Origin: the human T2T-CHM13v2.0 reference genome, Homo sapiens
Reading direction: 5' to 3' (one strand)
NCBI RefSeq assembly: GCF_009914755.1
Contig: NC_060931.1
DNA length: 64,000 nt
Shown here: piece by piece, positions 1 through 12,062 of the stretch
How positions within the stretch are numbered: position 1 is the stretch's first letter
Layout of the letters: each line of letters starts with the position of its first letter
Notes under the pieces: generated by a model
Database searches by the model: none
What the model saw: only the letters and a program-made list of their open reading frames with translations
Told to the model about the DNA's origin: nothing
Position numbers and translations under genes: made by a program

Positions 1-533
1 ATAATCAACACTTACAGAGCCTGAAGTTATAAATGTAAGCTGTTTTAAAATTATGTACAGACTTTCTGCAATTATTTTTTCTAGAACAAGAAAGTGTATT
101 CTCTTTCCTTTTCAGGTAACTTAAAAAGAGCTGAATATGTTGAACTTAATGTGCTTTATGAGAATGCTGACTTCTTAAATGAAAATAAAAAATATTAATT
201 TTCTGCTTAGGAAATGTTGAGAACAATCAGTCTCATAATGATTTTGCATTTTAACTGAGCATATCCCTGTATACTGCAAAAAATACACTCAAATTGCCCA
301 TAGCTACCATGAAAGGTAATGATGCAGTACACTTAATTACTGTTTAGCAGTGCTTTTTTATTTGAGTATTTTGAAATATTAGTAAAAGCGTTATATCTCA
401 TATTTTTATGAAGGACTTCAATAAAAATGTGGTAATGGAGATCGGTTAAATAAGAATTTCAAAACTAGAAGTGATTTTTTTTCTCTAAAAGTAACTGATG
501 TCGTCTTTTTAGAAAAGAGAAGAACAAAATTAC

Positions 534-650
534 CATGGAAAGCATTTCTGGTTTTGTCTCTTCATTATTCTTGGCACAATTACCAAAGATGTTTTGAAGA
601 TCTTGGCCATCATAGTAACTGATCTTATCTTTAACCATCATAAAAAATTT
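534..650 (-). other. Candidate spliced exon (117 nt), probably non-coding
   Basis: Minus strand tacaccag|AAATTT...TTCCATG|gtaatt. One open frame (KFFMMVKDKISYYDGQDLQNIFGNCAKNNEETKPEMLSM) that I do not recognise. Weak pyrimidine tract. Confidence 0.25.
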
Positions 651-851
651 CTGGTGTATTAAATGTACCAAAATATTTTAAAATATTTTTTCAGTTATTT
701 GTTTTGCATTTCCCATTACTCTACCTATGTATACCATGTTGAGAAACAGGGACAAATTATTCTTTGTTTGTATCATTTCTTACTGTATTTACACATAAGT
801 ACATATGTTACTAACTTCAAAGAAAAAAAATATTTCTTGCTTCTTATGCAC

Positions 852-855
<4 letters not shown>

Positions 856-887
<32 letters not shown>

Positions 888-1166
888 AGACGGAGTCTCG
901 CTGTCGCCCAGGCTGGAGTGCAGTGGCGCAATCTCGGCTCACTGCAGGCTCCGCCCCCTGGGGTTCACGCCATTCTCCTGCCTCAGCCTCCCGAGTAGCT
1001 GGGACTACAGGCGCCCGCCACCTCGCCCGGCTAATTTTTTGTATTTTTAGTAGAGACAGGGTTTCACCGTGTTAGCCAGGATGGTCTCGATCTCCTGACC
1101 TCGTGATCCGCCCGCCTCGGCCTCCCAAAGTGCTGGGATTACAGGCGTGAGCCACCGCGCCCGGCC
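856..1166 (-). mobile_element. Full-length young Alu, AluYe lineage (Ye5-like)
   Basis: Reverse complement is an AluY body with Ye-type changes (GGCGAGGTGG, GAACCCCAGGGGGCGGAGCCTGCAG, GACAGCGAGAC). 31-nt pure tail at 856-886. Perfect TSD tgcacgttctt at 847-857 and 1167-1177. Confidence 0.93.
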
Positions 1167-1184
1167 TGCACGTTCTTATATACT

Positions 1185-1300
1185 CACCTCCCACAATGAC
1201 TCTGGGCTTGACCATGTTTCTTTGGCCCATGAGATATCAGCGAACATGTCACAAGCAGAGACTCAATGCACTTTGGCACATTGGGACATGCTTTTTTAAT
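1185..1300 (+). mobile_element. MLT1 (ERVL-MaLR) LTR fragment
   Basis: ccatgtttctttggcccatgagatatcagcgaacatgtcacaagcagag resembles the old MLT1 core ggccatgtgacttgctttggccaatggg...gtgacgcaagcagagg. Confidence 0.55.
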
Positions 1301-1484
1301 CATTGACCTGAGATGGCTACATAGGAAATATCAAATCTATTAGGCTTTTGTTCACAAATTTGAGAACAAATCTATAAGGATCTTATTGAAGAATTGCCAT
1401 AGTAGAGTTACAACATTAATCAAAAATATATTAACTTCTTTTTTAAATTGGATGAGACCATGTATCCTAGAGAAAGACTACTAA

Positions 1485-1660
1485 CTTTAGAATTCTGTCT
1501 CCTCTTTCCAGATATGAGACCTTGGGGAGGTCATTTAAACTCTTTGTGCCTGCTTCTTCATTTGTAAAATGGTGATAATAACAGTACCTACCTTGTAAGG
1601 TTTTTATGGGGAACTAAATGAGTTAATATTTTACAGTGCTTAAAATATTATAGGGGGTAC
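1485..1660 (+). mobile_element. MIR SINE
   Basis: MIR core gaccttggggaggtcatttaaactctttgtgcc...catttgtaaaatggtgataataacagtacctacc. Confidence 0.75.
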
Positions 1661-1759
1661 ATAAATATAATAGTTGTCAAATAAACAGAGAAGGATTAGA
1701 CATCGGGGTTTTATGAGGACAAGCTCTTTGTAAAAGTTCAAAGACCTATATCAGTTACA

Positions 1760-2150
1760 TAGAGAGTAAAGTACCAGAAAGAAGAGCTAAAGATAAGGGC
1801 TTATAAGATTCATTTTATTTTGGGAAGAAATCTCAGGGACAGAAGTAAAGGACTAGAGAGACAAAGAAGGAGGGAAACACAAATACAATCGTATTTTTTT
1901 ACTGCTGGTCCGCTGGGCTTGATCTTGCCTAGGGCTCTGTAGACTGCGACTTAGAACCATTTGTCCCAGGGAAAATCAGAAGGCAGCGTTTATCCATGAG
2001 CTCTCATCCTTCCCTGATTAAGGTTTGCCCCCATATGATAATAACTTCTTTGGAACTTGAATGTTGTTAATAAAGGAGTTGTGGTTGAGTTTCTTCAGGT
2101 TGCTGTTTTGGTAGCATTAAAGAAAGCCTACTGAAAATATCAAGATATTT
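1760..2150 (-). mobile_element. LTR33-like ERVL LTR
   Basis: gaaggagggaaacacaaataca...gcgtttatccatgagctctcatcc...aggtttgcccc matches remembered LTR33 segments. Confidence 0.5.
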
Positions 2151-3894
2151 TTCTGGAAAGCTTGAGCAAGGTATTGTCAGGTTAAACCTGTTGGAAACTT
2201 ATGACAAAGTAATGCATGAAATAAAGGGTAGACTGAAAGAATATGAGGCAAGAACTAAGAAGATGCAATGGGGGAACAAGTAGATGTCACCTAGACTTCC
2301 AGACGTTTGCATCTTAACATTGCAGAAGCAGGTGCAATCGAACAGAAAAACAAGAAAGAATAGTGCATAGAAAAAGGAAGATGGTAACCTACTTGAAGAG
2401 ATGAAAGGAATAAAATAATTTTCATGATAGGCAGGAAGAAGAGTAATTGGGGAAAGCATTGATTTGCTGAATGTTTTCCTGTGCTATTTCATTTTTATCT
2501 AATTTTTGATAGAGAAGTTTGCTTGAAAACAAGGTAATTTCTGAGGTTTTCTGAAAACTATGTCAATGTTCATTAGGCTACACCAAACTTACTATTAATA
2601 AAATTGCATAATTACTTTATAAAGTACATATAATTACTTTTCAGGTAGCTCCATCTAGCAATTTAACAAATAAAATAGATAAGTAACATTTAAAAATTTT
2701 GACACCAACCTGACCATGGAGATGCATAGAATTCTGTAAATAGGATAATTCACTTAATAAGCCAGAGGTGATAATCCAATCTCCATATCAGGATCTGCTT
2801 AAACAAATAAAGTTAGCAGTCCTCATTAGTGCTGTGAACTGTACTTAGATGCTTTTAGAACGGTGCTGCCATGAGTTATGATTAACCGAGAAAAATGTAT
2901 TCTATAGCCAAATGAAATCAGAAAAATTATTTTTAAAAAATATCAAACCATAGATGAAGAATTTGAAACGACTACATAAAACCTTTGAAAATTAGCTCCC
3001 AATGTAACCTATGAGATTATTTTTAGTTAAAAAATATGATTTTCCCCTTCACTGATAATTTTCTCCAAAAATCTCTTTCAACCTTTTGAAATACCATTAT
3101 AGCTGTAAAGCCTTCTGGCATAGCTGGCATTTTCATTGAACTCATTGATTAATTTAGTATCATGGAAACAATGTGAATCTGTGTGAAATAGCTACAGATT
3201 GTGAGAGAAGTTGGTGTACTTTATTCTGAAATGTAAAAATAATATGCTGCACAAGCATGCTGATTTTAAGGAAGCCATCAGTATCATAGACTGATTAATT
3301 CTGTGTTGCTTTGACTGCTAAAATGTGCTCTTCCAATCAATTTCAATCCAATTAATAAAAATTATAAACTGGATTTGAATATCTATTTAACATTAGGTCT
3401 TCCATGCAGTTTCACATACTGTATATCACTTCACAAGCAGTATGGCATACTGGAAAGGTCCTCAAAATGGGAGTCAGGTAGCTGGTTTTTAACGGCATTT
3501 CTGATGAAAATGATCTGGTGGAAAATTTGGGATACCTTTCTGCATTTACGTATTATTTATTTCATAAAAAATTCAGCTACATGATTTTAAATACCCCATA
3601 CATTCTAAATTGTAGGATATAATTTAATATAGATTCACTTTTTGGTGTGACCTAGGTGAATCTGATCTTTCAAATTACTAGTTTCAAACTTTACACTTAC
3701 ACATTTCCCACTGCTAATTGGTAGGAAATTAACTTGGTATATTTCTTATTTCTTCTGTTTTATTAGTTTTGTTTTTATAATTTTGATTTTCTTTGATAAA
3801 TTCTGACCATAGACATTTTGAGTAAAGGCACAATATATCATTTGGACAATAGTCTTGTTTTCATTTGGATGTTAACTATCACTATGAAAGTGGA

Positions 3895-3985
3895 GATGCC
3901 TTTTTTGGAAGAGTTATCATATCTAGAGTCAGTATCTCTGGCTTTTTTATGTGTTAGCCTCAGCAAGGTTTTTGATAGCATAATA
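3895..3985 (+). mobile_element. L3/CR1 LINE reverse-transcriptase remnant
   Basis: ORF 3818-4006 contains PFLEELSYLES...VSLSKVFDSI, a decayed form of CR1 RT SFFDRVT.LVD...YLDFSKAFD. DNA ccttttttggaagagtta...tcagcaaggtttttgat fits. Confidence 0.45.
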
Positions 3986-4035
3986 AGTATCAATGAATTA
4001 GGTTAATTTTTTCATAGAGAATGGAAAAATCTTAC

Positions 4036-4155
4036 CCTCAACCTGTTTGTTAGCTGTAATGTAAAAGAGTGTCACTGATTCGATATTGAGCTTTGGCTCA
4101 TGCTCAGATGGCTTAGACAGATGGGCCATACAAGACTCTGGGCATCCAAAGTCTC
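4036..4155 (-). other. Candidate spliced exon (120 nt) with strong splice sites
   Basis: Acceptor tttcttttttgttcctttctccgcag|GAGAC and donor GAGG|gtaaga in non-repeat sequence. One open frame (phase 1-1): GDFGCPESCMAHLSKPSEHEPKLNIESVTLFYITANKQVE. Confidence 0.55.
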
Positions 4156-4919
4156 CTGCGGAGAAAGGAACAAAAAAGAAATTTCTGAAATTCACTGAGC
4201 ATCTTAGAAAATACCCAAAGAAATATATCAGAAAGTAAAAGTAAAATAATGCAAAATGTGGTACATAAAGTGAATTGTGTGCTCCTCTTCCCAGAAAAAT
4301 TAGCAAAGTTAATGCCATTCTAAACCCAATCATATTGTTAGAACTTTCGTTGTACAGAAATTATTTCTGCTTATTGACATATGAAGATCAGTGGAGCACA
4401 AGACTCCTAGCTTGAAACATTTGATCAAACAGTGAAGATATCCAGCATATCATAAAATGAGAATCATAAAACCATGCTGAAGGAGTTTGTGAGTTTAGCC
4501 TTTTCTGAGTCATCAAAGACAAATACTTATTAATAGAATTGTATGTTATACTTTATTATATGAAATTTCAGATTTTATTTTGAGCTACCATATCCTCTGT
4601 AAGTATTAAATTTATTAGTAGTTAAATATTTGAAAATAAACCAAAAGGTATTTGTTCTCCATGTCTTTTTGAATCAAGTATCATTGTGTAATCTTATGTA
4701 GAGAAAGAGTACTTTGTAATTGATCAGTTTATTAATAAGCACAATGTTTCTTACAAGAGACAGCCAAGACTAATGGTTAAAAAAAAATGTACATACACAC
4801 ATACTCCTCAGTGAAGAAACAGAATTGGGTTTAAAGTTGGGACTATGCCTTTTGTCTTCTGAAAGGCCTTTTGACTCCTTGACTGTGTTAGTCTTTTTTC
4901 GATGTAATTATTACTTCCC

Positions 4920-5078
4920 CTACCATAATGTCATCACACTTCAGTAGTTTATTTGCCTGATTGAGCATAATAATAATTGAGGGCGGTAAATGGGATGATC
5001 TGGTTCACTATTTTATCATCAGTGTTTGGAGCAAGCCAGAAACATAGTTGGTCTTCAGTATATTTGGTGAATGAATAA
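4920..5078 (+). mobile_element. L2 LINE 3' end
   Basis: gttcactattttatcatcagtg...catagttggtcttcagtatatttggtgaatgaat is a typical L2 terminus. Confidence 0.55.
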
Positions 5079-6439
5079 GTCCTTATTTGTATAGTCACTA
5101 GACTATACATTGTCAATCAAAGTGGCGCAGCATATACATGTTAAGCTGAACTCAACTTTTCACTGATCCAATTTGTGCTGCACCCTTCCATTGTATGAAA
5201 TCACCATATTCCATTTTTTTTTCTACCACTAGGTTTCCTTCCAGCTCTAACATTTCTTAATTCTACTGATATAAATTATTCATAACTCCTATTGCTTGTA
5301 ATCTTGTTGCTCTTCCAGGGCTAGAAAAGTCCTAAAGGGCTTGCCTAGGGATTAAAGTTAATTCCCTACAGTATTCCCACCTGTACAGAGCCATGGCATG
5401 GGTAGTGCTGCCCCAGGGGAATAATCTTGGGTTTATCTTGGTTTTAAAACTGGTAACTGAAAAAACAAAACAAAACAAAATGCAAAGAATACCCACACAT
5501 CCCAATCAAGTGACATATATGAATGTTTGTTTATAATTCAGCTAAGAATAGTTAATTCACGTCATGCCTCATGATTAAGTGCAAACCATTTCAAAATATG
5601 AAACAAAACAAAAGATAATTTAAAGTCCAGCCAAGTAATCTCTCTTGTACTTGAATTTGGATGAGATTTATTTGATCTTCTCACCTAAATTCCATTTATA
5701 ATTAGGGATACTCTTGCTTTTCTGCTGTCTCCTCACTGGAGAACCAAATGGCTGGAGATTGACTGATTACTGATCCCTTGGGGTTTCAGAGAAGCTGCTT
5801 TCTCATAATATCAGAGTTGAAATAGTTTTCATTCCGTTGCAAAGATATATGTTTTAAAATGCTTACAGTAATGGGTTGTTAACTCTATCCTTCCCTGGAT
5901 GAGGTTTCTATAGTAAGCTGTCATTGTATTACAGCTGTTTTAAAGGATAGATAAAGTAAACCACCTTCTAGGTAGTAAATGGCAAACAATGTGTTTCCAT
6001 TATTGAATTTTTATTTTCATAAGCATATCACATACAAGTAGTTTAAAATCAGATAGTACTAAAACAGGCTTATAATGAAAAATAGCAGATTACTGGCCTC
6101 ATTCCCTGCTGGCCTTATCCCCAACAGGACAACTTGCTGTCCTGCTCCCTGGGTCAATAGCTTTCACTTTCTTAGCTGTTTCTTCTGGTGTTTACTCTTA
6201 TATTCATAAATAAAATATATTTACTAGTATTTCTGAATAAGTATATTTTATACATGTATTTATTTTCTATCCTCCAACACCCAAACTCCCATGCTCATCC
6301 CTCCTCCCCTCCATTTGTCCCATTATAGAATATATCAAAAGTTTGAATTAAAGCAATGTTCAATGCTCACATTATTTTGGGTACATAGCTACTGTTTAAA
6401 ATTAAATCACTTGGAATACTGTAACTTCACATTATGTTT

Positions 6440-6754
6440 TATGTTTTATTTGTATTTGTATTAATTTATTTTTTTGAAACAGAGTCTAGCTCTGTCGCCC
6501 AGGCTGGAGGACAGTGGCATGATCTTGGCTCACTGAAACCTCTGCCTCCTGGGCTCAAGTGATTCTCCTACCTCAGCCTCCCGAGTAGCTGGGATTACAG
6601 GCGCCTGCCACCATGCCTGGCTAATTTTGGTGTTTCAGTAGAGACGGGGTTTCACCATGTTGGAGACTGGTCTTGAACTCCTGATCTCACGTTATCCACC
6701 CACCTTGGCCTCCCAAAGTGTTGGGATTACAGGCGTGAGCCACCGTGCCTGGTC
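6440..6754 (-). mobile_element. AluS (Sx/Sz-like)
   Basis: Complete antisense Alu. TSD cacattatgttt (6428-6439) / cacattctgttt (6755-6766). Confidence 0.92.
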
Positions 6755-8064
6755 CACATTCTGTTTCATATAACTTGTTATTGTCTTTATTGTAAATAAT
6801 TGCCTCATTTTCATATTGGCTATATTTTCTCTGTATCATTAGTTCTTTTCCAAAAATTTTAGCAGTATCATATAATGCTTCAGAGAATGATATAATTCAT
6901 GAAATCTGTAATCTAGCATGTTATTTCCTCTTTGAAATAGTGTGCCCCTCAAATACCTTGACATTTTCCTTTAAGGTTGTGGTTTGAGATAGAGGGAAGA
7001 CTGGACTCAAGTTCTTGTTTGCTTTCAAGAACTCACCAAGTGAAGGGAGAATGCCCCTAAAATAGAGAAGCCAAAGACACTCTCACCCAAAACAAACCCC
7101 AAATCACAGTCCCCACCCCTACCCTATAAAAAGCACTCCCAAGTCAAGCCTCGTTTAGGAAAACAGAATTTGAGGAAAACATCTTTGAAGCTGTAATTTA
7201 CCAGCCCTTGATCTTTGAGGAAGATGAGAAGTGAATAATGCCCATGTGTTTTTCTTACTTTCCAAGTGAGGTCTGGGGCTTTTGGGCTTTAACTTTTCTG
7301 GATTTAACTTCCAGAGCACCTGCACTGGAGGTCATAGTTAGAGCAGAAACTATTCAACCCAAAACCACCAGAGAGAACAAGAGCAGACATTCAAGATCCT
7401 TGTCAGCTGCCTCCTGCCCCAGGTGACTCACAGAAACAAGCTTACAACAGCCTACTCCCCTTCAGCCCTAGAGGTGTCTCAGTTTATGTATTCATTATTC
7501 CCTTTCATTTGTTTCTTCTCTACTTCTTCCGGATGGGTAGACCTTGGAAGAGGATGCCAGTCTTCCTAGTACTTTCTCATTTTGGTAGGACAAATGGTCA
7601 GTTTCATGAAGTAATATGTTTACTCTTGCTTTCTTATTTCATAAAGAGATGATTCCTTGAGACTTAGCTCATGTGTTCAAAAATAGACTGGTTGTGCCCA
7701 AACCCTACTGCATAGTAGATGGGACTTAATATTTCCATCAGGCTGTGCACCTTCTTTTCCACCTTGTTCTTTGGCATCTATGTTTCTGGCTGTTTTATTC
7801 CTCATTTTGGTGGAGAAATGAGGCCTCAACCTCCTGGGCTGAGGCAGGAGCCTCCACCAGCTTCCTAAGAAAGGGTGCACCCAGGAGACAAAATTCTGAG
7901 ACTTGTATGTCAAAGAATTCCTTTAGTTTACCTTTCCTCTCGATAAATCTAGACATTTAGGGAAAAATAATTTTTCTTCAGGATGCTAAAGGTATTTATT
8001 TTACAGTTTTCTGTCATCTTATTTTTAAGATGACCTATTCTGAGTTCTGATTTTTTTATATCAT

Positions 8065-8096
8065 GTGTGTGCATGAGTGTGTGTGTGTGTGTGTGT
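8065..8096. repeat. (TG)n microsatellite
   Basis: Direct read. Confidence 0.9.
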
Positions 8097-8186
8097 ATTC
8101 TTTATTTGAATTTTCTAAAAGCTTTTGGTATCTTCTCTTGATATGTTTTAGTTTCTTTTTATTTTTTTTTTAATTTTTAACATTTA

Positions 8187-8511
<325 letters not shown>

Positions 8512-8512
8512 T

Positions 8513-8953
8513 AATATTTGTGGGTATATAGTAGGTGTATATATTTATGGGGTACATGAGATATTTTGATGCAGGGGTACATGAGATATTTTGATGCAGG
8601 CATGCAATGTGGATAAGCACATCATGGGGAATGGGGGATCCATCCCCTCAGGCATTTATCCTTTGAGTTACAAACAACCCAATCACACTCTGTAAGTTAT
8701 TTAAAAATGTACATTTAGGCTATTATTGAGTATAGTCACCCTATTGTGCTATCAAATAGTAGGTCTTATTCATTCTTCCTATTATTTTTTTGTACCTGTT
8801 AACCATCTCTAACTCCTCACCAGCCCCCCACTACCCTTTTCAGCATCTGGTAACCTTCCTTCTACTCTCTATGTCCATGGGTTCAATTGTTTTGATTTTT
8901 AGATCTCACAAATAAGCAAGAATGTGTGATGTTTGTCTTTCTGTGCCTGGCTT
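8513..8953 (-). mobile_element. L1MA (MA1-3-like) 3' end with an internal 25-bp tandem duplication
   Basis: ttgtgggtatatagtaggtgtatatatttatggggtacatgag...atcccctcaggcatttatcctttgagttacaaac...ctttctgtgcctggctt. Confidence 0.85.
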
Positions 8954-9292
8954 GATTGTAGATCTTGCTGTGGCTCCTTTCAATCTGTTGTCAGAAGAAG
9001 ATGCAGAGACAAGCATCTAGAGAGGAAAGAAAAGTCACATAGCATACAGGGGATCCTGACTTCAGAAGAACTGGCTTTCCAAACAAATTAATAGCACAAG
9101 TGTTGAAAGGCCAAAACAAAACAAAAAAACTATAAAATTTCTAAGTTTACTCATCCTATCTGTGGTGAAATAACAGTGTCTTTGTCACGTGATTATTATA
9201 TTCGCAAAAGGCTTGACTTATTTTCAGACATCAATATAGCAAAAATCAGGCACAACATTATTTTTATTATGGAGCAAATTGTAGGAAATAGT

Positions 9293-9320
9293 CACACAAA
9301 CACACACACACACACACACA
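9293..9320. repeat. (CA)n microsatellite
   Basis: Direct read. Confidence 0.9.
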
Positions 9321-9740
9321 ATTTTATTCCCTATATAAACCTAAAGAGGACTGTCCTAAAGAGGACATCTGTGTTTTAGTTTTGCTTCAAAACTGAAAAC
9401 TGATGTTCTTAAGTTCTGGAAAATTTTATTAATTTTTCTTCTTCTTATCTCTACCATTGTCTTAATTCTTTTTGTAATTCCTAGAATTACTTTTTCCTAC
9501 TATCTTGTCTATCCTTTTTTCTGTCTTTGTCTTTTTGTTATTCTTTCTGGAAATTTTCCTCAAATTTTGTCCAATTCATATCAACTTTTATTTTTAATTT
9601 TAAATTGTATAGCTTTTATTTTAAAATAAGAGCTTTTTCTTGTTTGTTTTCTTTCCCTCCTTTTTCTATAGCAGCTGTTCTATTTTTATACATGTAACAT
9701 TTTTATCATCCCTGCATTGTCTTTTCTCTGAGCCATATTT

Positions 9741-10065
9741 CTTTTTTTCTTTTTTCTTTTCTTTTTTCTTTTTTTTTTTTTTTGAGACAGAGTCTTACTC
9801 TGTCACTCAGGCTGGAGTGCAGTGGCAAGATCTCAGCTCACTGCAAGCTCTGCCTTCCGGGTTCTAGCAGTTCTTCCTGCCTCAGTTTGCCGAGTAGCTG
9901 GGATTACAGGTCCCCACTACCACGCCCAGCTAAATTTGTATTTTTAGTAGAGACAGGATTCCACCATGTTGGCCAGGCTGATCTCAAACTCCTGACCTCA
10001 GGTGATCCTCCCACCTTGGCCTCCCAAAGTGCTACGATTACAGATGTGAGCCATAGAGCCCAGCC
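9741..10065 (-). mobile_element. AluS (Sx-like)
   Basis: Complete antisense Alu. TSD ccatatttcttt (9733-9744) / ccgtatttcttt (10066-10077). Confidence 0.92.
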
Positions 10066-10139
10066 CCGTATTTCTTTAGTTTTGGTCTCTGCCTTTCATA
10101 TTATATTCTGGTCTCACCCTAAACTTGCCTAATAATTTT

Positions 10140-10356
10140 TAGTAATTAAAAAGTAATATTTTACTTTTAGTAAATATTCCAAAAGTAATTGTGCAATATT
10201 ACTTTGTTAATATTTTTAAATTTACTTCTAGTAATTAAAAAAGTAAATATTTTGCTCTTCGTAAATATGTAAATACAAAAGTAAATATTACTTTGTAAAT
10301 ATTTGTAAATTTACTTTTAGTAATTAAAAAAGTAAATATTTTACTTTTAGTAAATA
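10140..10356. repeat. AT-rich minisatellite, 89-bp period, about 2.4 copies
   Basis: tagtaattaaaaa(a)gtaa(a)tatttt starts at 10140, 10229 and 10318. Confidence 0.8.
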
Positions 10357-10479
10357 CACAAATAGTACAAGGCATTAGAAACTAGGTGCCACATTAACTG
10401 GGTGATCAAACTTAGTATCACCACTAATGGAACATATGGACATGATGGACTGTAGGATGAGACCCATTGACGACTGCAA

Positions 10480-11290
<811 letters not shown>

Positions 11291-11728
11291 GACGAAGTGG
11301 CTGAGAAGCATGATCTGGGGTGAGTAACCAATAAACAAAGCAGCCTACTGTGATTCTGTTGGAAGAAAGCCTTGCTTTTTGTGCTGGAGCATCGTCAGCA
11401 CTTAGATGATGTGAGCTTTTCTACAACCCAACCATCTGCTTTTTATCTTTCAAAACATCTCTCCTCATATCTTACATACCATAGCCTCCCCTGTGTGTTT
11501 TTTGTGGGTTTATATTATTCTTATTATAGTTTTATGAGATTGCCAGAGGGAGAAATAATTTATGTTCAGTATGTCTTATTAAATGGAAGTCAAATATATT
11601 TTTAAGGATGTAACTTCTTTTCTACAGCCCCAACTTTGATCTTATACATTAAGCATAAATCTAAGCTAATTCTAATTTCTAGTCAAAGGTTCAAATGACT
11701 ATCAATTCACTTCAACAAAATACATACC

Positions 11729-12062
11729 TGTGGTATTTGGTTTTCTGTTCCCGCATTAGTTTGCTACAGATCATGGCTTCCAGCTCCATCTATTTCCCTG
11801 CAAAGAACACGGTTTTTGTTGTTGTTGTTGTTGTTTTTGGCTAAATGATTAGAACCCATGGACACATACAGGAGAACAACACACACTGGGACTTTTTGGA
11901 GGATAGAGGGTAGAAGGAAGAGAGGATCAGAAAAAATAATGAACGTGTACTAGGCTTAATACCTGGGTAATGAAACAAGCTGTACAACAAAACCCCATGA
12001 AACAAGTTTACATAACAAACCTGCACTTGTACCCCCGAACTTAAAATAAAAGTTAAAGAAAA
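11729..12062 (+). mobile_element. 5'-inverted (twin-primed) L1PA13-16-like 3' end
   Basis: Antisense block 11729-11842 joined to sense 3' UTR 11840-12060. Degenerate TSD aacaaaatacatacc / aaagaaattcatacc. Confidence 0.8.

Noticed and set aside
663-998. 111-aa ORF and other Alu-crossing ORFs (9782, 17920, 23996, 31100, 45931, 59954, 63081)
   Set aside because: Their peptides are standard Alu translations and poly-F from tails, not genes.
7380-7395. 16-mer agagcagacattcaag repeated at 46329-46344
   Set aside because: Roughly one such match is expected by chance in 64 kb, and the second copy lies in a MIR.
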